DNA of 64,000 nt, taken from assembly GCA_950097015.1 (NCBI GenBank), contig CATNEN010000001.1, positions 18,972,001-19,036,000 of the forward strand. Direction: 5' to 3'. Positions 23,201 to 35,912 of this stretch are shown one piece after another; positions within the stretch are counted from its first letter, which is position 1, and each line of letters opens with the position of its first letter. The translations under genes and the position numbers were made by a program. This stretch comes from Macrostomum hystrix (lineage: Eukaryota > Animalia > Platyhelminthes). The notes under the pieces are model-generated. The model worked only from the letters and a program-made list of their open reading frames with translations, had not been told where the DNA came from and searched no databases.

Positions 23201-25599
23201 CTGGACACCACAATTCTGAATGCGGCCCAGACTAGCATCGTGTTCGACACCATCTGCATCAGCGACCAGGCAGACGCCCGCATGACGAGGCTGGCCCAGC
23301 TGACAGGCGGTCAGAGCATGTTCGTGTCGGCCTCTGTGCCCGTCACTATCGATTTGGAGGTGGCCTTCTCTAAGCTGGCGGAACGGGCCCCGAACGGTGG
23401 AAGCAGTGCCTTCCTGGTGAGAGAGGACAGAAGACAGATTTGTAGTTTAAAAATGTTCAAACTTTTGATGAACTTGGGGTTCGGTGGCAGAGCGGTTAAC
23501 TCGTTTGCCTCTCGCACCACGGTCTCTAAGTTCGATTCCACGGCGAGGCCACATTTATTTGGGGCGCAGCCGTGGAAAGAAGGTTTAGCGGCTTGTCTTG
23601 CAATTTACGACATTGAGGGCCAACCTCCAAGGCACAGTGATAGTGCAGAGTACCGGACGGTACGGTACGGTACGGTATCTGTCTGCGTGTGTGCTCAGGA
23701 GGCAGCAGACTCAGCAGAAATGGGCAAAATTGCTTCCTCGCTGGCTGCGGGTCTAGTGTCACCAAATGATGTGATTACTATTATTATACTCTATGAACTT
23801 ACGTCAGTGTTGAATTTCTCAAGCTGTCTTGTAGACTCAAATTAACCTATTGACTACAATTCCCGCAGTTGCAAGCCAGTTCGTTCAGCCTTCCAACATC
23901 CAGCGGTACAGTTCTGGTTAACGACACCAAGACCCTCTACTTTATGGTCTCACTCCCTAACGTGGATCTAAACAGTGTGAACTTTACAGCCACCAGTCCC
24001 AACGGTCAGTTGTACGGCAGGTTCACAACTACGACTGGAGTGTACCAGACTGACCCTTCTATCAGTACAATCATCATCAAAATACCTACTGTGGATATCG
24101 TGGTAGGCGCTGAGCTGGTTTGGTTGCTAGAGTTAGCATGAGTTAGAGATTTCAAGGTTTTATAACAACTTAGGCTATAATTTGTGTCCTAAATTTTATT
24201 TTTGTGTCCTATTTTTTCAGACTGGAGCATGGAACTGGTATGTCACCAGCACGACTGTGAGCGGCCGAAAACGGCGAGATGTTGGCGTGAGTGTCTAATT
24301 TCTATTGGCTTTATATTGAAGGCAGTATAGCTTTGACTTGGGAAATGGATAAGTTTGAGCCAATAGAAAATAATCTACCCAGCCTCTATTAAAGCTTGCC
24401 TTGAAGTTCTCAAAACTACGTTTCGAATGCTAACCCGCAGGAATTCTTGGTTCGAAAATCGCGCAGCACCTCACCCGGCTCATTGTTGGTCGTAGGAAGC
24501 TCCACCTCTGTGACCATTGACGCTTGGCTCAGACACAGCAGCTTCGCCCAGGTCACCCAGTCCAGCATTCAGAAAATCTACGCCTACATCACAAACAATA
24601 GTGCGCCGCTGACTGGCGCTCGGGTTGAAGCGAGTATCGTGCCGTCAACCGGTGCTCCCTTCTCGATTGCCATGAAAGATGATGGTCTCGGTAAGTTCTC
24701 AGACTTTTACTTTGAAGACTATGCTCAGCCAGTGGTGACCTGCAGTGGAATCTCTAAAATCCATAGGTGCCGACCTGTCAGCCAACGATGGGATCTACGT
24801 CTGTCAGATCCTACCCGAGCGCTTGACCGTCGTCGGCGACTATGGTGTCACGATAGTGATTATATCACCAGTCGGCCGCATCACATCCGCTGGAAAATTC
24901 CGCGTGGAGTCCTTGGCAACAACCACGGTGACCGTGCCTCCTGGTCGCGTCACGGACCTTAGCGTGGCCAGCTCGGTGAAGTATCAGAATGTCACTGTCC
25001 AGTTCACCTCGCCTGGCAACCAAGCCTACGAAGGAATTCGTGAGTTTGTTCAATAAACTTCGAGGGTTGATGGCACAAGAAAGTTTCGGGCCTTGTCGAA
25101 CAGTTCACGCCAATCCACTGTCCAATAAACAAGACTGCTTGACACCAGAAAGTCAGGCACTTGTACATCATTCCTACCGAACCTTGCAGCCGCAGCCTAC
25201 GAGATCCGGGCTTCGAATTCATTCGACCAACTGACGAGGAGCTTCGCCAGCTGCCCGCTGCTGGCTCGGCCCACTGGTCAGCCGGCTGGCAGTGTCCTGA
25301 AGATCGGCTTGAGCTCAGCGGAGCTCGCAGCTATCCGAACCAATATCACCTTCTTCATAGCGGTGGCGGCGGTAGCTACTAACGGTGCCATTGGCGAGGC
25401 CTCGTTCCCCATTGGTAGCATCCTGGTGTACGCGACCCCCGCTGTGAGCGAAACCTATACTCCAGTCAGCCAGACTCCAGTTATCTTTGGACACAGGTTC
25501 AGCGAGTGGACGTCCGAGTTGATCGGTGCTGCTACTGCCCTGGGAGTCGTGATCGCTTTTGAAGTTTGCGCCATTTTTCTGGTTTGGTTTAAAATGTAG
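20214..25599 (+). CDS. CLCA: CLCA-family (calcium-activated chloride channel regulator-like) protein, about 924 aa: signal peptide, degenerate metalloprotease domain, VWA, beta-rich, FN3, C-terminal TM helix
   Basis: Exons 20214-20390, 20691-20976, 21070-21620, 21781-22005, 23114-23416, 23869-24102, 24221-24286, 24441-24690, 24767-25039, 25190-25599 (2775 nt, in frame). Motifs: KYIQMPDFL, FRWGVLSE, PTRHNNKAQNPQNVRC, VLLLDVSGSM (MIDAS), ILLTDG, MKDDGLGADLSANDGIY, PPGRVTDL, FTSPG. Confidence 0.92.
20470..20590 (+). mobile_element. Partial SINE family A (3' part) in CLCA intron 1
   Basis: gtgtgctcaggagtcggcggaatggacagaatcgcctcttgctggctgcgggtccactgtcac matches the 3' body of the 23476 copy. Confidence 0.6.
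22200..22850 (-). mobile_element. 5'-truncated degenerate RTE-like LINE 3' end in CLCA intron 4
   Basis: (ttg)n tail at 22200-22220; aligns with 52516-53140. Confidence 0.85.
23476..23792 (+). mobile_element. Full-length tRNA-derived SINE (family A) in CLCA intron 5 with 8-bp TSD
   Basis: Head ggtggcagagcggttaac..aagttcgattcc; AT-rich tail; ATGAACTT at 23468-23475 and 23793-23800. Confidence 0.85.
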
Positions 25600-26249
25600 C
25601 TTTGCTCGAGGCTGCCAAATTAATTTGAGGACTCCGACACGCGAACAGTTGCTTACTCGTATTTCTTGATCCCAAGGATATTAAAATAGCTTTGCGAGTC
25701 AAAACTACGAGCCGATGCATCTGACTTTGTGTACTTTTGACTGTGTATTCAGTATTTTCCTGTTTTGTCTGTCCTTGTCTAGCCTGTCTACACAAACTGT
25801 GAAAGAATACTATTGAAGCGGTAATTGCTAAAAATATACTTCCAGACATCCTTGAGAATGAGCTAGCTCAAATAATAAGTAGGAGACAAAACGTCCAGCA
25901 GATAAAACGCAAAGAAAGTTCGGCAGTTTTAGAAACTGCATAATTGCCTATTGTCTGGATAAACCTGTCTCTGTGATAAATAATTAATTGTGCCATGAGT
26001 TGAGCACTGTCTAGTACGAGTCGTTTTGCTTGCAATTGTGATTCTAAGAGGTGCCCCAAAAAGCAATCCATTTGAATTAATCGAAATAATACAAATGAGC
26101 CTTTTATATAGGCCAGCAGACTAGGCTAAATTTCCTCTTGAATTTATACTCATCTCTCCCTGTCTCATTATTCGAGTTCCATAATCAGTTTTATCTCCCG
26201 TGTCTCATCTCTACCGTGTCACATTTATACCTTGTATTAGCTCACCCCT

Positions 26250-27752
26250 GTCTCATCTCTCTCGTGTCTCATCTCGCCCTGTCTCATATAATCTACTCTC
26301 TCATCTCTCCCTGTCTCATATAATCTACTCTCTCATCTCTCCCTGTCTCATATAATCTACTCTCTCATCTCGCCCTGTCTCATATAATCTACTCTCTCAT
26401 CTCTCCCTGTCTCATATAATCTACTCTCTCATCTCTCCCTGTCTCATATAATCTACTCTCTCATCTCTCCCTGTCTCATATAATCTACTCTCTCACCTCT
26501 CCCTGTCTCATATAATCTACTCTCTCATCTCTCCCTGTCTCATATAATCTACTCTCTCGTCTCTCCCTGTCTCATATTATCTACTCTCTCATCTCTCCCT
26601 GTCTCATATAATCTACTCTCTCATCTCTCCCTGTCTCATATAATCTACTCTCTCATCTCTCCCTGTCTCATATAATCTACTCTTTCATCTCGCCTTGTCT
26701 CATATAATCTACTCTCTCATCTCTCCCTGTCTCATATAATCTACTCTATCATCTCTCCCTGTCTCATATAATCTACTCTCTCATCTCTCCCTGTCTCATA
26801 CAATCTACTCTCTCATCTCTCCCTGTCTCATATAATCTACTCTCTCATCTCTCCCTGTCTCATATAATCTACTCTCTCATCTCGCCCTGTCTCATATAAT
26901 CTACTCTCTCATCTCTCCCTGTCTCATATAATATACTCTCTCATCTCGCCCTGTCTCATATAATCTACTCTCTCATCTCTCCCTGTCTCATATAATCTAC
27001 TCTCTCATCTCGCCCTGTCTCATATAATCTACTCTCTCATCTCGCTCTGTCTCATATAATCTACTCTCTCATCTCTCCCTGTCTCATATAATATACTCTC
27101 TCATCTCTCCCTGTCTCATATAATATACTCTCTCATCTCTCCCTGTCTCATATAATCTACTCTCTCATCTCTCCCTGTCTCATATAATCTACTCTCTCAT
27201 CTCTCCCTGTCTCATATAATCTACTCTCTCATCTCTCCCTGTCTCATATAATCTACTCTCTCATCTCTCCCTGTCTCATATAATCTACTCTCTCATCTCT
27301 CCTTGTCTCATATAATCTACTCTCTCATCTCTCCCTGTCTCATATAATCTACTCTCTCATCTCTCCCTGTCTCATATAATCTACTCTCTCATCTCTCCCT
27401 GTCTCATATAATCTACTCTCTCATCTCTCCCTGTCTCATATAATATACTCTCTCATCTCTCCCTGTCTCATATAATCTACTCTCTCATCTCTCCCTGTCT
27501 CATATAATATACTCTCTCATCTCTCCCTGTCTCATATAATCTACTCTCTCATCTCTCCCTGTCTCATATAATCTACTCTCTCATCTCTCCCTGTCTCATA
27601 TAATCTACTCTCTCATCTCTCCCTGTCTCATACAATCTACTCTCTCATCTCTCCCTGTCTCATATAATCTACTCTCTCATCTCGCCCAGTCTCATATAAT
27701 CTACTCTCTCATCTCTCCCTGTCTCATATAATCTACTCTCTCATCTCTCCCT
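26250..27752 (+). repeat. 32-bp minisatellite (gtctcatataatctactctctcatctctccct)n
   Basis: About 45 near-identical units. Confidence 0.97.
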
Positions 27753-27967
27753 TTCTCTATTCCAGTCCCATAATCAGATAACTTAAGGCCAGTCCAGCAC
27801 AGTATAACCAGATAATGTTAAGCAGTTGCTTGAGAAGCAAACCCAGAATGAAATCGTGCAGCTTTTAATCCCCTGAGAGTGCAAATATGCGAATCAAATG
27901 AAAGTTCAAAGTTCAACTACAGTGGTAAAGAAGGAGTCACATCGCAAGTTCGCAGACATCGCAGAGT

Positions 27968-28563
27968 TCAGGCTGGACTGGCCACAGCAGCAGACTGGAC
28001 GGTGTCAAAGTTGCCATCATCACCCGCGCCAGACACGCTGCAGTAGAGTTTGAAGCCGAGTGCAACCTGCGAATTGAGGAGTGGTCAGTCGCATTTGAAA
28101 ACCTGTTAGCAGGCAGTCGTGAAAGTCTGGGTGCCCCTACCTGCACGATGGCCGTCAAGATCTCCAGCCCGAATGCGATCTGAAACACGATGTCATACGG
28201 AAATATGAAGCCGAAGAACCGCAAGACAGTGTTGACATTGACGCCTATAGCGGCGGCAGCCAGGCAGGCAGACAGGACACTCAGGAGCATACTGCCGAAG
28301 ATGAAGAAAAACATTTTGGCGTCGATGCGAGTCCCTGTAATCGCCAGGCTTCCTGCGGCAAAGAAGAACGGCCCGGTCCATAGGCCGGAGTAGCTCACCG
28401 ATGTGCTAATGGAGAATTCTTTCAGGACGAAGACTAGACCCAAGTTAAAGATGGTCAGGAATGATCCCAGAGCTATCTGAACATAGCCAGCCACATCGAA
28501 AGCCTTGAGCATTCCTTGCAACGTCCTCTGTACATCACTGATGAGCAACTGTCTCTGGGACAT
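27968..28563 (-). CDS. MS4A/CD20-like four-transmembrane protein, copy 1 (173 aa)
   Basis: Exons 28563-28141, 28066-27968; four hydrophobic segments; MS4A-type motifs GYVQIALG and LWTGPFFFAAGSLAI. Confidence 0.78.
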
Positions 28564-28904
28564 TGCTGGGACTCGAAATTAGAGACAAGATCAAGAAGGA
28601 ATGCTGAAAAGCGAAATCTGCAGGTGACTCGGCTGTACCTGGCTTTCACTAGCAGGGCAAAACTTTTGAGCTTTTTTATTTTCTTATCACAGTCAGATAA
28701 ACAGTCAGAGCTAATTTGTGTCGATAAGCGTTTGATTTGCTAAGTTTAGGACGGAGAGGCCTGAATTACATTTTTTTAGTCTTGAGCTATATTAATTCAA
28801 GCCCTTTACCTGGGGCCTACCTAGCTCGTAGACCCGTTTGCTTATGACAAAAAGTTTGCTAGACCCATTTTTATCGAGAGGAATACATTAGGAGAAAGTG
28901 GAAT

Positions 28905-29472
28905 ATGAGAGAGATAAGACAGGGGAGAGATGAGACAGGGGAGAGATGAGACACGGGAGAGATGAGACAGGGGAGAGATTAGACAGGGGAGAGATGAGAC
29001 AGGGGAGAGATGAGACAGGGTAGAGATGAGACAGGGGAGAGATGAGACAGGGAGAGATGAGACAGGGGAGAGATGAGACAGGGGAGAGATGAGACAGGGG
29101 AGAGATAAGACAGGGGAGAGATGAGACAGGGAGAGATGAGACAGGGGAGAGATGAGACACGGTAGAGATGAGACAGGGGAGAGATGAGACAGGGAGAGAT
29201 GAGACAGGGGAGAGATGAGACAGGGGAGAGATGAGACAGGGGAGAGATAAGACAGGGGAGAGATGAGACAGGGGAGAGATGAGACACGGGAGAGATGAGA
29301 CAGGGTAGAGATGAGACAGGGGAGAGATGAGACAGGGAGAGATGAGACAGGGGAGAGATGAGACAGGGGAGAGATGAGACAGGGGAGAGATGAGACAGGG
29401 GAGAGATGAGACACGGTAGAGATGAGACACGGTAGAGATGAGACAGGGGAGAGATGAGACAGGGGAGAGATA
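28905..29472 (+). repeat. 16-bp minisatellite (aggggagagatgagac)n between MS4A-like and NHL genes, copy 1
   Basis: Tandem repeats; core is the reverse complement of the 32-bp array core. Confidence 0.95.
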
Positions 29473-30235
29473 AACCTAAATAAACAGCCAGAGCTCATTC
29501 GAAATGAATTTACACTGCAGTTCGTGTCGATAAGCGCTTCAGTTGCTAAGTTAGGACAGAGTAGGTCAGAGAGGCCTGAAGAGTGTTTTAAAAAGGCTCG
29601 AGCTATATGAATTTCAGCCGCATAGGAAAACTGCAGGGGAATTGGAAGATCTTTTATGATGGGAAGATTTTGGGAAAAGAGGGGCAATATGTTAGGATAG
29701 TAGGGACGATTTTGGGAAAAGAGGGGCAATATGTTAGGATAGTAGGGACGATTTAGGAACCAGAATCTTTGAGTCAAGCAAGCGCAGCATAGGCTGAATG
29801 TTGCCATGAACTCTTGAAACTAGATCCCAGCATCCAGTCTCCAGTTTCTACTAAGGTAGATTCAGAGTTCCGTGAGTAAACAGACGTAAGCTGCAAATGA
29901 GGTGGGGGAGACACGACTAGACTATAAAGTCTGGTAGGCAGGTAAGTGGAGTCTTTTAATGCTGCATCTAAACTAGTAAAACAATGTCGCCAATCCTGCC
30001 TGGCGATAGGTGTGAGATAATCAGCCTGCTGGGGGGCTTTAAAAAATAGCGAGAGAAAAGAAGCACCTGTGCACATTGCACCCCACCTCCAACATCTCTG
30101 TCCTGTGTGTACACTTTTTGGTAAGCCTGAAAAACTCAACCGTACAGTTCCTTTAAGAAAAGGCTCAGCTACAGCTGCGAAAAAAACTAGCTAAGCAACA
30201 GACGTTTCTCGCCCTCGGATAGACATTGTGGCCAG

Positions 30236-31642
30236 ATGGAGTGGCGCTGGACCTACAAGCCACCGCCAGCCGACTCCGTTCTGTGGCGCAACGCCTGTGC
30301 AATTAGCGACCTACCTGGCCTGGACTGGCTTGTAGCTGATGCAGCTGGCAACCGCCTGTTGTACTTTTCCAGCTCTGGGCTGCCACAACGGGACTACCAG
30401 GTGCGACTCGGCGACAAATTTTCACCTGCCGGCGTTGTCCAGGTGAGACTAAAGGAATCAGTGAAGAATGGGAGAAATCTCTGAAGGATGTGAGGACTCA
30501 CTGAAGGATAGGAGGAATCACTGAAGGATGGGAGGAATCAGTGAAGAATGGGAGAAATCTCTGAAGGATGTGAGGACTCACTGAAGGATAGGAGGAATCA
30601 CTGAAGGATGGGAGGAATCACTGAAGGATATGAGGACTCACTGAAGGATAGGAGGAATCAGTGAAGAATGGGTGGAATCACTGAAGGATGGGTGGAATCA
30701 CTGAAGGATGGGTGGAATCACTGAAGGATGGGTGGAATCACTGAAGGATATGAGGACTCACTGAAAGATGGGAGGAATCACTGAAGGATCTGAGGAATTA
30801 CTGAAGGATGGGAGGAATCACTGAAGGGTGGGAGGAATCACTGAAGGATGGGAGGAATCACTCAAGGGTGGGAGGAATCACTGAAGGAGGAAAGGCATTG
30901 CTGAAGACTGGGAAGGATTAGAGACGTTTTTGCCTCATTCTGCCTCTATGGGCATTCTGTTCTGAACCTGTAATTTCAGGTGACAAATCATGCTCTGTGG
31001 GTTACAGACTGGCGCTCCGGCCGCGTCGAGTGTCTCAGTGTCTTTGGCCATCATCTGGGCCAGGCGCCGCCCCTCCCGGATGGCGCCTGTCGCTCGCCAA
31101 CAGACATCTGTGCCACCCGCGACGGTCACCTACTGCTTGCTGACATGACCTCTAGCCGAATTTATCGCTTAGACGCCGAGGGCCGCTACCTCGCTACAAT
31201 TGAGCTTGGCTTAGGCAGTCGGCCCATGCGGCCTGCCTACCTAGATAGTTGCCATGACAACGGCTTGATTGCAGTGTCCGACATTGAGAACGGCCGGGCC
31301 GCCGTGCTCAGCCCTCGCGGCGAGCTGCTGGCCTTCCTGAGGGCTGCGAGCCCATTGAACGAGCCTCAGCAGCCGCTGGCTGTGCGTTTCGACTCTGCTG
31401 GACGTCACGTGCTGCTATGCGACTCCGGAGCGCACAGGATTGCCCGACACAGCCTAGAGGGCGCCTTCATAGACGCTCCAATCAGCGGCGATCAGCTGAA
31501 GCCAGACTCTGTCGAGAACTCGACCTGGCGACCGCGCGGCCTGGCGTGTAGCCGATCTGCCACCATTGGCGGAGTTTGTGTTGTTTCTGCTGGCGGCAGT
31601 CGGGGCCTCGACAGTTTGCACTGCTTCGGCCCGATAGCCTAG
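30236..31642 (+). CDS. Stand-alone NHL-repeat beta-propeller protein, copy 1 (289 aa)
   Basis: Exons 30236-30442, 30980-31642; blades WLVADAAGNRL, LWVTDWRSGRV, PTDICATRDGHLLLADMTSSRI, IAVSDIENGRA, PLAVRFDSAGRHVLLCDSGAHRI, PRGLAC. Confidence 0.85.
30455..30890 (+). repeat. 20-bp minisatellite (ggaggaatcactgaaggatg) in NHL intron, copy 1
   Basis: Tandem repeats. Confidence 0.92.
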
Positions 31643-31963
31643 GACAGATCTCTGAGTTGAAGATGCACCCATGCACCTTCAGTCAAACGAGTGGGCATTT
31701 TGCGGGCAGTAGCCTCGGGAAACAAGAGTAATTGAGCACGAGGTTGTCTGTCAGAAACCATCGAGGTTGATATATTCCGTGAATATCTCATATACCTGAT
31801 CGTGAAAGTCTTAGACCATTTCATCCCGATAAATGTAAATCTGTCTGTGAATAATACACTTTGTTGCGACATTCATTTAATGGACTAGTGCTTATTAGCA
31901 CCAGTACTGTTGTGCGCTACCGTAAAGTACTTATATATTCCATTTTCAGTTGTCTTAGCTCAC

Positions 31964-32090
31964 ACAACAACAACAACAAAGTACGCTGTCATAATCAAGT
32001 TGCAGCGTCAGAAGGCGTGCCTCAGGGCCTGGGCGCGAATGTCCGGGGCGCGGGCGTCTGATAGCAGGCAGTCGACGAAGCGCCGGGTGC
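31964..32090 (-). mobile_element. Stub of the RTE-like LINE 3' end; right boundary of the duplicated block
   Basis: Near-identical to 52516-52642, then stops abruptly. Confidence 0.85.
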
Positions 32091-32543
32091 CATGGCACAA
32101 CAAGCACTTTGTAGGGAGCCTGCGCACTTTTTGTTAATTGCAATAACCTGTAAAAGTAGCTTGAAAGAGGCAGCAGTAACGCAGATCGCCAGTTCTGGTT
32201 CAGCTTGCAGCGGCCAGAACTCGTGGCGAATCAGTGATGTGCGGATATTTCTGCAACTACATACTTCTAAAGAAGCATTGAATTCGTCGCCTGAATTTGT
32301 GTCATAAAATTTGATTGCATTCAGCGTAATGTATACGTATATGATCTACATTATGAGGCGGAGCGGTATATGTTGTATCTCAATATCAGATCTAGGATTA
32401 GAAACTAAAGGTGGATAAACAAGTAATCACAAATAATTGATTACACCTGCCCTGATAAGCCCAGATGTGCTGCCTACAGCACAGCCGCAGCCATTGCGTA
32501 GCGCATTTGAAGATTCACCTTAATTAATCCCAGACAATGCTAG

Positions 32544-35500
32544 TTGGGGGCGAACGTAGTATTGAGCCGCGAGGCGCGAAGCGCCGAGCACCGAGGCCTC
32601 GGTAGAGGCCGAGGGGCGAAATCGGAGTGAGCCCCACCTAAGATCCAGCGTACGTAGTGAGATAGAAAACACCTCGAAAATCACGCATTTTCAATGCATA
32701 TTGGGCGCCATTTGAGACTGCCTCAACCGTTTGCCTCGCGGGTGGTGTCGTTGGGTAGGTAACTTATAGGGTTATCCGATTTATGGCGGTTGGTTGCCAT
32801 GGCAACCCGTGAGGGTTGCCATGGCAACGTAAAACTGCCATTTTTTTGGAAATCGATTTTACGCAAACTCATTTCCAGCGCACATTTTTTCTGGCACGGA
32901 GAAAAGTTAAGACACAAAAGTTGCGGGCAGGCCTGGCCCAGGCGAGGCAGGAAAGCGATTTTTCAATTTCCTCATAGTCTATGATAAAAGTGCAAAAAAC
33001 ATACTTTTAGGTACTGCTTTTTTGGGTTACATTTTCCAGCGCAGCTCCCCAAGGGCTGAATCAATTGTCACGCGGGTGGTGTCTTTTTTTTCTACTCGGT
33101 GAGTTCTTTCCAGCGAGGTGTGACTCAATGGACTGCGAGTGTACCGCGCGCCTGATATCTGATGAAGCAAGTGTAAAATATGGCGCAGCCAGATTTTACA
33201 CTTGCGTGCTGCACGGTACTGCAGCTGAATGGCAGGTAGTTGCACTGCGCAAGTGGTGTCAAAAATTCGGCACGGATGCCTGCTACACGACGCTTTGCAA
33301 GGCGACTCTATGCAATGCACGGTTATCAAGCAGTACTGGGAAATGCAGTGCAAAACGTGCATTTTTGCCGTTTTCTCGAAAATGCATGCCGACCTTGGTG
33401 GAGTCAAAAATTTTTTTTTCGAAGACAAACAGTCGGACAGCTTAGCCGCAAGCGATGTAGTATGCACAACATTAGGGCACATGACATACTGAGTCGGCGT
33501 TGATAAAAGTACATCGCAAGTGTATTAAAAGTACATAATAGTGCACATACACTTTCGTGAAAAATTTGTATTTTTCTCCTTTCGACGCGCGCATTTCGCG
33601 AAATCCGGCTCCGAATTTGTCGAATGATGCGTCAATCTACTGGAAATATTGTTTTGCGTCTAACAAGATATTGCGCGCACCTTTCGGCCCTACCCGGGCT
33701 GAGAAAGTCCACCCAGACTGGTGAAAGGTCGGGTTCGGGACCGGTGCAGACTTTGCTGTGCTCAAACCTACGGCTGGAGGCGAAAAGGGCGTAATACTCC
33801 TTGAGCTTGGTATTTAAAGATGCACATCCCTTGTGGGTATATGGAAAAAATACTGCCGTCGATACACGTATTACCTGTTAGGATTAGTACCTGAAAATGT
33901 AATTATGCACAGCGTGTACATTGTGCATATTTGTGTGTACTTTTGTGTATAAGTCTGCGAATTCCTGATGGCTTTAAGCGCGGATGGCTTCAATCGACGC
34001 GGAATGTTGTCTACATTCCAACGACATCTCACACGGCTAGATTGGTTAACGTGTGTCGTGTCTGGATCCTATTGAGTACATGAAGGTAAGGGGTACAAAT
34101 TTTGGACACTATCATTTTTGAAGCATCCGTTATTTGCTATTGAAAGATTTTGCAAGTTCCGTTGATGATAAACCGTATCTGTGGTAGTTAAACTTTTTTT
34201 GGTTGCTTGCCGTTTGGCAAACGGTTTTCATTTTGATGATTAAATCCTAAATGATTGCAACTTTTTTAGCTTCTTCATTGATAAACCGACCGCCTTGCAG
34301 AAAATGCTTGCGTCGAGATTTTTGAATTGCTTTTATTAAAACAAGTGCATATTCAGTTTCTTCATTTTTTGTGCATCTAAATGCAGGAAGGAATGTAGCA
34401 GTCAGTAGAAATCACCTTATGTTGTATTTCCTTTTAGCGCGCACGTCTTTGTGTCGTTGAAACTTTTTATTTGAACATTATCGCCTTTCAGGACGTGTTT
34501 TGACGCTTGTCACATCACACACGCGCAGGCCTTTGATTTGTCTGGGTTTTTTTACTTTTGCATGGATAATGTAATTGATGCGCATTTAAATGTCGGTCTT
34601 CATTGTCGTGTTGATAATGTCGATTATACTCTTTTATTGACTCACTTCTTGCAGTATTCGAAAGTATATGCCATATGCACAAAAAGTGCATTTATATTCT
34701 CTTACAAAGTCTTATTAATAATGTTCAATACGTAGGATGCCTTTTTATTGAATTAACACTATGTTACAGTCATCACAAATTTTGTGCAAGTGATGACATC
34801 TTAGATATTTAAATTCAGGTCAAAAAGTCTGCTTCAAGCTGTGTAATATTTTCCCTATCTTTTCTATGCATTTATACTTAATTGCTTTTAATGTACTTGG
34901 CCAGTCATATGAATCATTATTCTCCTTTATAAATTTGCTCTAGCACATAATGGTGCTATTGTAAGATTAGTTTTAATCTAATTAAAAAAATGTCTTAGCC
35001 AGCCCTCAATAGGCCTAGTCAATTTAATTTTGCATTTAAATTGCATTTAATTGCTGCTTATATGCTGTGCATATAGCCTCCACTTTTCAAGTCATCGAAT
35101 CGCTTTTTAATTGTGTAAATTTCGCTGATTGTATTCCAGTTGCATGCAGTAATTTGGAATTTCATTCAAGTTTAATAAATGGCTGGCTTGTTTGCATTTC
35201 ATATCGTACGTTCCCTTGTTGACATGTCAGTTGCATTCGTTTGCTTAGATTGCAATTAATACGAGTATGTTGCTGCTCCGTTTGAATTACATTTTTTGCA
35301 TTAAATTGCTTTGATTGTACTTCAGTGGTTGAATCATTCCGTTGATTGCACTCTGTTTGTTGAATTGTTGCCTTGATTGCAGTCCAGTTGTTGCATTGTT
35401 TCGTCAATTGCAGTGTAGTGGTGTAACTTGAAATTGGCATAGTTTACTGCAGTTGTGTGTATGATTAGGGGCACAAGGCAGCCATATAGCTTCTAAATGC

Positions 35501-35912
35501 TTCCAAACGATTTTGACTCTTTTATTGAGCATTTTGTTCCTCTGTTTGAGCCGTTTTTCCGTCGACTTGCGATTTAAGGGGAAATATGCTTTACTATGCT
35601 GTTTATATCATATGCCACCTTTCTGTCTCTATTCACCCATAGTTCCTTCATTGGTTTTCGCGAATACATTTGTTCAATTCGAGCCTAAAGGGAAAGGTTC
35701 AATTCAGAGAAAAATATTTTTCTTTTTATTGATAAAACGACCGCCTTGCAGAAAGTGCTTGCGTCGAGATTTTTGAATAGCTTTTATTAAAACAAGTGCA
35801 TATTCCGTTTGTGCATTTTTTTGCATCTAAATGCAGGAAAGAATATAGCAGTGAGTAGAAATCCCTTTATGTTCGCCCCCACGTAAAAGACTGCAGTCTT
35901 CTTACTTACTAG
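32544..35912 (+). mobile_element. Non-autonomous Helentron/HINE-like rolling-circle element, unit 1
   Basis: 5' tgggggcgaac and 3' gttcgccccca subterminal inverted repeat, then hairpin aagactgcagtctt and terminal ctag; no TSD. Confidence 0.72.

Noticed and set aside
28842-29807. 321-aa and 234-aa ORFs upstream of the MS4A-like genes
   Set aside because: Largely 16-bp repeat; copy number differs between the duplicates.
29985-30222. Upstream coding exon (HLCPVC) that would make the NHL gene a TRIM-NHL
   Set aside because: The plausible splice does not reach the NHL frame without a stop, and the two copies differ by a 1-nt indel here; probably 5'UTR.
33027-33503. Cys-rich overlapping ORFs in the Helentron-like units
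   Set aside because: No recognisable domain; open on several frames; no evidence of constraint between copies.
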